From Lepidodermella squamata (Eukaryota; Animalia; Gastrotricha), in contig JBLDXI010000064.1 of the NCBI GenBank assembly GCA_047495785.1, positions 434,001-498,000 of the forward strand: a DNA stretch of 64,000 bases, written 5' to 3'. This document shows, one piece after another, positions 25,111 to 35,000 of this stretch. How positions within the stretch are numbered: the stretch's first letter is position 1; every line of letters starts with the position of its first letter. The notes under the pieces are model-generated. The model saw nothing but the letters and a program-made list of their open reading frames with translations, did not search any database and was not told where the DNA came from. The position numbers and the translations under genes are program-made.

Positions 25111-25630
25111 GTAAACAAAATATTTTTTTAAATTCTAAAACCTTTCTTATTTTGATTTTTAAATTTGTTTTTGAATACAAAATTAATTTGCAGTGAAAAA
25201 CAGCAAGAAGTGACGCGAAATTTGAATTTCTCGTCGTTTCTGTTCGCGGCCGTTTTACTCGGGGAATTCCAAATGTGCCGATCAATTCAATCGCTTTTAG
25301 ATGCCACCCCCTTTCAAATATCGGAAGGAAATTGTATTTTTGGCGTTTTATTGACACTGCCGAAATGACTTTTGATTCGAGAATTATCGAACCATTGCAT
25401 TTTTTCGAAACTTTTGTTGAATTCGCGGTATATTTCCACCGAGATCTTAGAGGATGGTTTGAAAAATGCAATATTTTCGCTAAATCCATGCATTCCCTTA
25501 GCAAATATTGTGGGAGCCATCATACGGTTTGCAGCTTGATATTGGATTTGAAAAAAAACCCAAACGCGGTTGCTATAACGTTCGTCGGAAAAATCTCATA
25601 ACTTCCAAGCCCTTCAGAAAATGTTAAGCA

Positions 25631-25728
25631 GTTTATTGACACGTAGCAAATGAATTGATGATTGAAATGTCTAAGAATAGATCGGGGGTATTACGAAAAA
25701 GCAATAATTTTGCTCGAATATCCGGCTT
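25631..25728 (+). promoter_or_regulatory. Conserved upstream block of receptor copy B (GTTTATTGACAC...ATGAATTGAT..TTGAAATG...AATATCCGGCTT)
   Basis: Alignable with 31704-31790 upstream of copy C. Confidence 0.5.
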
Positions 25729-25953
25729 GTACTGCCCGCGAGTCTGAAAGTAATCTGAAAGTATCCTACTTGCTTGCCAAGCAAATAATAGCTTTGCATT
25801 TGCGCCTCAAGCATAAATGTTTAGTAGGTCTCGAGCATCATCTTGGGAAGTCTGAATTCAAACTTGGGTGATATTGTTGTTTTGCTGAATTTGTTGTTTT
25901 ACTCATTTTACAGCTGAAAGATTTGTTTTTTTCAAATTAGGCACAGATAAACA

Positions 25954-28900
25954 ATGTTGCATTTCTTTCTCTTGGTCATCCTATCGGGATTCAGTTCGGC
26001 TAAATACTGGCCGAACCAAGTCGCGTCGTGGGACGACGCTCTCAGCTTGATGCCAAGCCAAGAACATTTCTACTTCTGGAGGTTGACAGATGGCGATACG
26101 AGGTACTACTCGACGGCCAGTAACACGATGAAAGACGCAACGATCGACAATTCAGCCGCTGCAGCGGACGGGCCTTATGGCTTAGGAACTGTAACGGTCA
26201 AAACGACAGGTCGACCTATGCTCACCTACGACAACCTGGAAGTTCCAGTTACCGATTTCACACTCACCTTCTACATGAAAACGAAGCTATGCGTAAATAA
26301 GGGCATTGTCACCTTGAAGCCTTTCTTTTCGCTGTATTGCCAAGACTCAAAGATCACGGCGGCAATTTGGAACTCGGCTGGTGTAGGAACCACGCTCAGC
26401 CAGACGCTGCCTCTCGCCACAAACTCGTTCTGGGCTTTTGTAGCCGTGACCTATAACTCGACGCTACAGCAGCTCAAATGGGACAATGCGGGCCGTGGTT
26501 CATCGATTTCCCTAACCAGCGCCGTTTCTTCAGTTGCAATGAACCCTTCCTCACTGGCGGTTTCGATAGGCGAGGGCGTGACAACGGACGGACAATCTTT
26601 TTACACATCGAACACAAACGATCAATTTACGTGCATGATCCTGTACAACAAGCCATTGACTAGTGTTGACATCAACAAAATCATGTACACATGCGGCGCA
26701 ACAATATTACCGTCTCAGTATTTGCCTGAAACGTTTCGATTGATGCCTCAAATCGACAGCTTAGCCATTCATATGCCGATGAGAAAAGTTGGAGATAAAG
26801 TTTTCCAGAAATACGGCTCGGACAACTTTAAGCGGTTTGCGAGTAGTGGAACGGCAGTGGCGGCCGATTTATATGGCCCGAATGGCTATGGATCGCTTTC
26901 TATCAAAAAAGAAGGCGATCGAATCTACAAAGTCGAAAACTTGCGAGCCAATGGGTCAATCACAGTCGCTTTCTATTACAAAGGACCTTGCTCAAACACC
27001 AGCGCCATCCTCGCCTTGAATAGTGATGGCTTCATTTATTGCAAGCCAAATGCTGGGCTCTTATACCATAAATATCGACCACTTGTGGCCGATGATTATT
27101 CCAATCCTGTTGCATGCCCAAGGCCAAACGACTGGACCTTTTTCGCGTTCGTCTTCAAAGCAAATCTACTCGAGACCTACTCCCAAGTTGCAGCAGGGGA
27201 GGATGTTATCAGCAAAGGTCCTACGACAAGCAAAAGCTTCAAGACTTCGAATGGGGGTTATATTTCGGTGGAAGCTTTCGGCTGGAAAAGCGACCCGAGT
27301 CGAACTTCAGACAGCATTGCCTGCATTTCGCTTCATAGCACTGCGCTTACGATTGATGAAGTTAAAATGCTGACCTACACATGCGGGAAGAGACCACCGA
27401 GATCCAAATATCTCCCAGATTCTTTCGACGAGTTGCCTCAACTTGGACAACTTGTCTACCATATGCCATTCGTTTGGAAATCACCGTATTCCGTTTTCGA
27501 CAAATTCGGGTCGACTTTGTGGTACGGCGAAGCTGAAAAGCGAAATTCGACTACATCGCCGAACGGGCCGTTTCAAAATGGGGTTCTCACGGCTAACGGC
27601 CTTGGCCCGCAGATTTTGGGGGTGAAAAACCAGGACTCGTTCACCTTCGCTTTCTTGTACAAAGGGCCGTGTACCGAAACTGTCGGGTTAGTCTACAGCC
27701 TTCGCTTTCAGATTACCTGTGAAAATGGAAATCTCATTTTGAAAACTGCGACAAGCTCCTCGGATCCGATTAAATTTGACATCGCTCACTGGAACATGTA
27801 TGTGTTCACCTATTCCAGCAACCCATCGACTAATGAATACATTGTGAGAGGTTACAAATGGACAAAGTCTCCTACGTCTCCAGATTTCGAAACTAGGGGC
27901 ATGAAAATAGAGACGCCGATATTCCCAATTTACGACGATCATCAAATCGGGGATTCTGTAACGAATGGTGCGATCGTGTTGAATGCTGATTCGAAGCGAA
28001 TCTCATGTGTCAGCTATTATTCCGCCGTTTTGAGTCTTGATGGCATGTCGAAATTCTTCAAGGCCTGCGGGAAGAAGGAAGGAAGAGCAAATAATCTGCC
28101 CGATTTCTTTGACTTTTTGCCTCAGAGAGAATATCTTGCTTTCTACGCTCCATTCACTACGCAAACTGGGCTCTCGCTTTTCGACAGATTCGGCCAGGTA
28201 ATTACTCCAACCGACCCTGGGACAGACAAAATCGTGCCGAGAGGTCCGTATGGCCTCGGATCGATCGAGGGGGCTAATGATCAATACGGCCTCTCTATAT
28301 CGATATTTCCATCAGCATCTTTCGCAGTCTCGTTCTTCTTCAAATCCAGCAGTACTGTTAAACAGGGCATAATGCTGCCAGGGAAAATTTCTATTAACTT
28401 CGAATCGTCAGGAATTTACTTCAAGTCAAAGGCTATCAACAAATTGTGGCAAGCTACTAAAATGCAAAAATTCAACTACACGCTTAATTCGTGGCTTTTT
28501 GTCGTTATAAATTACGATTTTCCGAAGCGACAGTTGGAGGGCTTTGCAATGACTGAAAGTGATAAAAGCGTCAATGTAGCTTTTGGAATTGGCAACTGTA
28601 GCCTGGAGGCTGATGATGTGCTAGGCTACTATAACGTAACAATAGGCTATGCTAAAATTTCCGAAGAAGTTGCCGCGACTATGGTGCCTGGCCAGGAGCT
28701 AGCTTGCTTTACCTACTATTCAACAGCATTGCCTGATGCTGATATTGTAAAACTTCCGTACGCTTGCGGCAAGCCTTACTCGAAATCATCGGCTTTGCCA
28801 GCAAAGTTTGAAATGTTGCCGAAAAATCAGTCTCTTGCCGTTTATTTGCCCCTGAGATCGGATTCGAAGTTGGTGGCGATTGACCGATTCGGCACGGATA

Positions 28901-30918
28901 TGATGGATGTAACGCAAGGCTCGCCGCTTGCCAAGTCACCCGGGCCCTTTGGCAACGGGTCCTACTCGGCCAATAAGCAGCTCCTTGTTGTCAACTATTT
29001 GCCTGTTTTCGACCAATACACAATCGCGTTTTACTACAGCGGATCTTGCTCGAGCCGATCTGGCCTCTTATCCACGGATCAATTTGCTGTCAAATGCGAA
29101 AATTCTGCTGTGACTCTGTCCGGCTGGTACAAAGATGGGAATAAAAAATTCTCCTCACCTATCATTTACGACCAGCCCAAATCCTGGCGATTTTTCGCCT
29201 TCACCCTGGCCAACAATACCCTGCAAGGCTACCGAGGGACAACCGACTTCAACAGCGTCGCGCTAGCCAATACGACGTCAGATTTCACGCTTGAGCTAAG
29301 ATTTCACCTTGGCTATTCCAGCCTCGAGTTAGGCACTTACTACTCGATATCGCAAGTTATCAACCTAGCTAAGGGCGATGAGTTAGCGTGCGTCAGTCTT
29401 CATACCGAAGCTCTCACCATCGAAGAGCTGATGGTTCTTGCTGATATCTGTAACGACATGCCACCCACCACTTCAACTTCAACTACAACGACAACAACTA
29501 CTACAACAGCAGCAGCAGTGGCAATGGAAACAGAAACAGTTGAGGTTTTGCCAACTTCGGCCGACACTGAATCAAACAGCGAATCGGCATCTACCATCAC
29601 TACTACCGTCAGTATTCCCTCGCAAACCAGCACCGCAAGCCCCTCAACTAAATTGAGAGCAACATCGACCACAACTTCGAGGGCAATCCTGCAATCCTCA
29701 AATTTTGGCCCAGACCCAGAGCCAAGTTACCGAAAGTACAAGGATCCGAACTGGCAATCTAAAATAGGCACGAATATTTCTATTCAGAGTACTCTGCCGC
29801 GTCTGGATCACAATGGCATCTCACAGCCGGATAAGCCTTTTGATACGATCGAGAATATATTGAAGCGATGTGACCACTTTGAAGCTGCACGATACGCCCC
29901 TCCTAGAATAAAAGCCAATGAACCTAACTACGTGAACATAACTTTCTACGTCCCTGGTTTGAACGAATTATCAAGCGGAGATGATACGATCTCAGTTAGT
30001 GGAGTCGTTCTTTTATCTTGGTCCGTTGCAACATGCCCAAAGAATTCGACAGACCCGATTGCAACGAGGCCTAAAGAGCAAATCTACGTAGGTAACCCAA
30101 ATCTGATGTGGCTGCCCCAGCTTCGGTTTATCAACAGTGCCCAGTCGAATGTCTACATGAAGAACGTGGCTGTTGGCGATGATTTCTTGGTGACTATGGA
30201 TGGAGTTGGGGCTAAGGAGAGCCCGAATAAGACCTACAATTTCTACTGGACTCGGGAGGGTCTATTCAAAGCTGATTGCACGCTGCTGATGAAGGATTTT
30301 CCATTCGACAAACAAACCTGCGCCTTTGTTTTCGGACTTCAACGGTCGAATAATTTGCTTTCTTTTGTGGACCCGCCTACATTTCTTTGGGACATTGATG
30401 CTGTTGACAATTCCGAGTGGCTGCTAACAGAATTTACTAGTCACCTTTCATGGGCTTACTTCAACGGGTACAACGTATCGATTGTTGTCTATGAGGTTAC
30501 TTTCAAACGATACCCAACTTACTACATCAACAATGTGTACCTGCCAACAGCAATATTGGCCAGTTTGGACCTTGCAGCTTTCCTAATGGCTCCATCGATG
30601 CCAGAGCGCTCTGCTTTTACTGTGACTATTTTGCTTGCAATGGCTGTTAGCCAGACGGAAATCATCAGCCAGGCTCCGAATTCAGATAGCACTGTTTTGA
30701 GTACCTACATCCAATTGATGGCTTGGTATTCGGCCGGAGTCACAATTTACCACTTGCTGTCTCTATGGCTGGCATGTTCCTATTTCGTTGAGGGCAAGCG
30801 TGATATGATAATGTTGTTCAACGGACGAATGAACTTGGTTCGAATTCTGGACATACTCGCTTTTCTTGCTGCTGTTGTTTTCTTCGCGTATGCTAATTAT
30901 ATTGTTCTCAAGAATTAG
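25954..30918 (+). CDS. Giant Cys-loop receptor subunit, copy B: SP + 5 LamG/pentraxin-like modules + Thr-rich stalk + pLGIC LBD + 4 TM (1654 aa)
   Basis: Five ~225-aa repeats (approx. 26008-26697, 26722-27387, 27412-28071, 28096-28770, 28795-29454), each GP-x-G...FT/S-x-x-F...W-x-F-x-x-x-Y...C-x-x-x-Y/H-x-x-x-L...CG. Channel motifs: WLPQL, Cys-loop CTLLMKDFPFDKQTC (30277-30321), NSEW, KRYPTYY, M2 PERSAFTVTILLAMAV. Confidence 0.92.
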   Translation: MLHFFLLVILSGFSSAKYWPNQVASWDDALSLMPSQEHFYFWRLTDGDTRYYSTASNTMKDATIDNSAAAADGPYGLGTVTVKTTGRPMLTYDNLEVPVTDFTLTFYMKTKLCVNKGIVTLKPFFSLYCQDSKITAAIWNSAGVGTTLSQTLPLATNSFWAFVAVTYNSTLQQLKWDNAGRGSSISLTSAVSSVAMNPSSLAVSIGEGVTTDGQSFYTSNTNDQFTCMILYNKPLTSVDINKIMYTCGATILPSQYLPETFRLMPQIDSLAIHMPMRKVGDKVFQKYGSDNFKRFASSGTAVAADLYGPNGYGSLSIKKEGDRIYKVENLRANGSITVAFYYKGPCSNTSAILALNSDGFIYCKPNAGLLYHKYRPLVADDYSNPVACPRPNDWTFFAFVFKANLLETYSQVAAGEDVISKGPTTSKSFKTSNGGYISVEAFGWKSDPSRTSDSIACISLHSTALTIDEVKMLTYTCGKRPPRSKYLPDSFDELPQLGQLVYHMPFVWKSPYSVFDKFGSTLWYGEAEKRNSTTSPNGPFQNGVLTANGLGPQILGVKNQDSFTFAFLYKGPCTETVGLVYSLRFQITCENGNLILKTATSSSDPIKFDIAHWNMYVFTYSSNPSTNEYIVRGYKWTKSPTSPDFETRGMKIETPIFPIYDDHQIGDSVTNGAIVLNADSKRISCVSYYSAVLSLDGMSKFFKACGKKEGRANNLPDFFDFLPQREYLAFYAPFTTQTGLSLFDRFGQVITPTDPGTDKIVPRGPYGLGSIEGANDQYGLSISIFPSASFAVSFFFKSSSTVKQGIMLPGKISINFESSGIYFKSKAINKLWQATKMQKFNYTLNSWLFVVINYDFPKRQLEGFAMTESDKSVNVAFGIGNCSLEADDVLGYYNVTIGYAKISEEVAATMVPGQELACFTYYSTALPDADIVKLPYACGKPYSKSSALPAKFEMLPKNQSLAVYLPLRSDSKLVAIDRFGTDMMDVTQGSPLAKSPGPFGNGSYSANKQLLVVNYLPVFDQYTIAFYYSGSCSSRSGLLSTDQFAVKCENSAVTLSGWYKDGNKKFSSPIIYDQPKSWRFFAFTLANNTLQGYRGTTDFNSVALANTTSDFTLELRFHLGYSSLELGTYYSISQVINLAKGDELACVSLHTEALTIEELMVLADICNDMPPTTSTSTTTTTTTTTAAAVAMETETVEVLPTSADTESNSESASTITTTVSIPSQTSTASPSTKLRATSTTTSRAILQSSNFGPDPEPSYRKYKDPNWQSKIGTNISIQSTLPRLDHNGISQPDKPFDTIENILKRCDHFEAARYAPPRIKANEPNYVNITFYVPGLNELSSGDDTISVSGVVLLSWSVATCPKNSTDPIATRPKEQIYVGNPNLMWLPQLRFINSAQSNVYMKNVAVGDDFLVTMDGVGAKESPNKTYNFYWTREGLFKADCTLLMKDFPFDKQTCAFVFGLQRSNNLLSFVDPPTFLWDIDAVDNSEWLLTEFTSHLSWAYFNGYNVSIVVYEVTFKRYPTYYINNVYLPTAILASLDLAAFLMAPSMPERSAFTVTILLAMAVSQTEIISQAPNSDSTVLSTYIQLMAWYSAGVTIYHLLSLWLACSYFVEGKRDMIMLFNGRMNLVRILDILAFLAAVVFFAYANYIVLKN

Positions 30919-31703
30919 TCGTCCCTACAGCAAAGAAATTGACGATACAAGCATCAAACGTGGACTAGGAGTATCGGCTCTTTACTTTTTCTGATTCGTC
31001 TTCTTCAATTCTGGGTTCTGGGGGAAATAAGGGACTTTGTTGCAGTTTTAACGTGCGTCAATTGCTGGTACTGAGTTGTAAATGCTGCATTATAATCAAA
31101 GCATTCCTCTTAAATTAAATTGACTTCCTATTTGATGGACTTTATCTTCAACTGAATACTAAAACAACTATAATTTTTGGTACACTTTCTATGAATAAAG
31201 TATAAAGTTATCTTCAAAGTGAATAAGTTATACACTTCGTATAAGATGTAAGAACTCGGCATTTCGGCATTTGTTCGGTATTCTGTAGCATTTGTACAAT
31301 AAACATGTTCATGCAGCGAGAGTTTGATTTCGAATATACCCCCCCCTCCCCCCATGTTGATATGTTGAAAAAATAACGCACAAAATACAGGAATTTTGAT
31401 TAAAACGCACTGCAATACATTTTCCCAGTCGAATCAAATCTCCCTCTTCCCCCTCAACCTCACCTCCCGACTTACTTTACGGATAGCCAGCCAAAACAAT
31501 CAACTCAGAGCTCAGAGCCAGGCCTTGAACCCCCTCTATGTAATTTCCGTGCCAAATCCGTGCATTCGCTGAGCAAATATCGTGGGAGCAGTTTATTTTC
31601 GACGGTTTATTGACACAGCGATGAAATCAAAGGAACGCCGCATCGCTGGTGTTCCTTTGATTTGCACTTCGAATAATTGTAAAGCTTCGAAATCTTAGGC
31701 GCT

Positions 31704-31790
31704 GTTTATTGACACCGAGCCAATGAATTGATAATTGAAATGGCCAATAATAGAATTTTTATTGTTGAATTTTGTTCGAATATCCGGCTT
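31704..31790 (+). promoter_or_regulatory. Conserved upstream block of receptor copy C
   Basis: Same motif order as 25631-25728. Confidence 0.5.
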
Positions 31791-32075
31791 GTTACCTGAT
31801 TCCAAAGAGTAGCTGCTCTGAGATCGATCAGAAAGTCGTCCTACATTCCACAGACACGAGAAACATTTGTGAAACATTCTTTGATGAAATAGCGTTCTAA
31901 AAATGTTTCAACAAATTGAAGATTTGAGGCGAAGTTACTATTCCTAATTCCTTTGAAATCCTGAACCATATAGCGAAATTCAAGTGAAGGTGTTCTTTTT
32001 TTGAACTATCGCTCCTAATCATCCCTTAGGGACTGAACGAGCATATTTTTCTTGAAAATTAGGTGCATTCCATTA

Positions 32076-35000
32076 ATGATACATTTGTTTTTCTTGTGTA
32101 TCCTCTTGGGAAACAGTTCGGCCACATACTGGCCGCAGCAAGCCACGAATTCGGATGACGTTCTAAGCTTGCTGCCCAATCAGGGAGATTTCTACTTCTG
32201 GCCATTGAGCGGAGGCGCGGCGCGCTTTTTCTCGAAATCCAGCAACGGAATGAAACAAGCGACAACCATCAATTCGGCCTTCGTGGCGCAAGGACCTTAC
32301 GCCATGGGGGCAGTAACGTCGGCATCGCCCGGCAGTGCAATTCTATCCTATGACCTGCCGTCCGAGATACAGGATTTCACGCTCACCTTCTTCGTGAAGA
32401 CAGACTGTGTAGATAAAGGATTAGTCACTTTGAAGCGGCTCTTTTCGATGTACTGTCAAAGCTCAAAGCTCGTGGCGATGACGACTTGGAACTCGGCTGG
32501 AGTAGGAACAACGCTCAGTTACACACTTTCCCTAGCCACAGACTCTCCCTGGGCCTTTTTAGGCGTGGCCTACGACTCGAAAAGTAAGCAGCTGCGATGG
32601 GGCAGTGGGGCTCACGATTCCTCACTCCAAACTGTGTATATTTCGCAAGTCATCGTGAACTCCACATCGCAATCTGTTTCGATTGGCGAGGGCATCAAAG
32701 CGGACGGCCAAGCTTTGTACACTTCAAGCACAATCGATCAATTCGCTTGCATGACCCTGTATGACAGGCCAATAGAGTTTTCGGAAATTATGTACGCATG
32801 TGGTCTTGGAATCTCTCCGTCTAACGTATTGCCTGAAACATTCCGATTGATGCCACAAATCGACAATCTAGCTATCCATATGCCGATGAGAAAAGTTGGG
32901 GACAAAGTATTCCAGAAATACGGATCTGACGACTACCGACAAGCTACGCATAACGGAACAGCCGTTGCGAATGACTTATTCGGGCCACATGGTTTTGGAT
33001 CGCTTTCAATCGCAAACGAAGGCGATCGAATCTACAAGGTCGAAAACTTGCGAGCAAATGGGTCAATCACAATTGCCTTCTACTACAAAGGACCTTGCTC
33101 GAACACCAGCGCAATCCTCGCTCTGAATGGCGAAGGTTTCATTTATTGCAAGCCCAAAAGTGGGGTTTTATTCCAAAGTTCGACAGGTGTGATTTCTAGC
33201 TCTGTGTCGCACCCTAGCGGGGATTGGATATTCTATGCGTTCGTTTTTCGGCCGAGTCTACTCGAGACCTACTACCAATTACCAGCAGGAGGTGATGTTA
33301 TCAGCACAGGACCTACGACTAGCAAAGGCTTCAAGACGTCCAATGGGGGTTATATCTCGCTGGAAGCTTTCGGATGGAAGAACGACCCGAGTCGAACTTC
33401 AGATGCCCTCGCCTGTGTTACTCTTCATAGCACTGCGCTGACGATTGATGAACTTCGAATGCTGACGTACACCTGTGGCAAGAGGCCTCCAAGATCCGAG
33501 TTCCTACCTAACACATTCGACGAGTTGCCTCAGCTTGGAAAACTTGTATATCATATGCCTTTCGTTTCGAAGTCGCCATACTCAGTTTTCGACAAATTTG
33601 GGTCAACTTTGTGGTACGGCGAGGCTGAGAAGCGAAATTCGAGCACTTCACAAAGTGGCCCGTTTCAAAACGGGGTTCTCACAGCAAACGGCCTTGGTCC
33701 GCAGGTTTCAAGCGTCGAAAGCCAGGATTCGTTTACCTTCGCCTTCATGTACAGAGGACTGTGCGGGAGTACCGAGGGGATCGTCTATACCCAACATTTT
33801 CAGATCACCTGTAAGTTGCATGACATGATTCTAAAGGCCGGCGAATTGTTTTCGGAGCCAATGAAATACAACGTAACTGATGGGTGGACTTTTTACGCAT
33901 TCACCTATTCCAGCAATCCATCGGCTAAAGAATACATCTTGTCGGGTTATAAATGGTTGATTTCTTCATCAGAGCCGAGTAAAGAATTCGAGAGCAAAGA
34001 CATAAAGATAAACATCACTGCTAATCCAATTTATGACGATCATCAAATCGGAGATGCTGTAACAAATGGTGCGACCGTTCGCTATCCTGAATTAAAGCGA
34101 ATATCTTGTGTCAGCTATTATTCCGTAGCTTTGAGTCTCGATGACATGTCGACATTCTTCAAAGCTTGCGGGAAGAAGGAAGGACGACCGAAAAATCTGC
34201 CTGATTTCTTCGATTTTCTGCCCCAAAGACGTAGCGTGGTTTTCTATGCACCGTTCACTTCGCAGACTGGCCTCTCGCTTTTCGATAAATTTGGCCAGGT
34301 AATTAATTCTACAGACCCTGGAACAGTGAAAATCGTCTCTCGGGGTCCGTATGGTCTCGGATCGATCGAGGGGGCTAAGGGTCAGTACGGCCCCTCCATC
34401 TCGATATTTCCACCGGCATCCTTCACAGTTTCGTTTTTTTACAAATCGAGTGGCACTGGAAAACAGGGAATAATTTTTCCCGGTAAAATATCAATTACTT
34501 TTGAATCAGGCTCAGGTATTGCTATCAGATCAAAGGCTAGTAACAAATTGTGGCTAACGCCTAAATTGCAAAAGTTCAACTATGCGATCAACTCATGGCT
34601 TTTTGTCGCTATAAGTTATGATTTCTCCAAACGACAGATGCAGGGCTATTCGATGACTGAAAGTGAAGCAACCGCTAACCTCACTTTTGTTGGTAATAAC
34701 TGCAACTTGGAGGCTGATGATGTGCTAGGCTATTACAACGTTACGATTGGCTATGCTAAAATGCCCGACCAAGTTGTTGCAACCATGGACCCTGGCCAGG
34801 AACTCGCCTGCTTCACCTACTACTCAATAGCTTTGTCTGGTTCCGATATCATGAAACTTCCGTATGCTTGCGGCAAGCCTTACACGAAATCTTTGTTTTT
34901 GCCGTCACAATTTGAAAAGATGCCGAACAATCAATCTCTCTTGGTTTACTTACCGCTGACATCGGATTCGCAGTTGGCGGCGATCGACAAATTCGGGACA

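Noticed and set aside
25954-30918. Bacterial origin (HGT or contamination) of the intronless receptors
   Set aside because: They carry the eukaryote-type disulfide Cys-loop and a mucin stalk, and sit among spliced genes and animal transposons.
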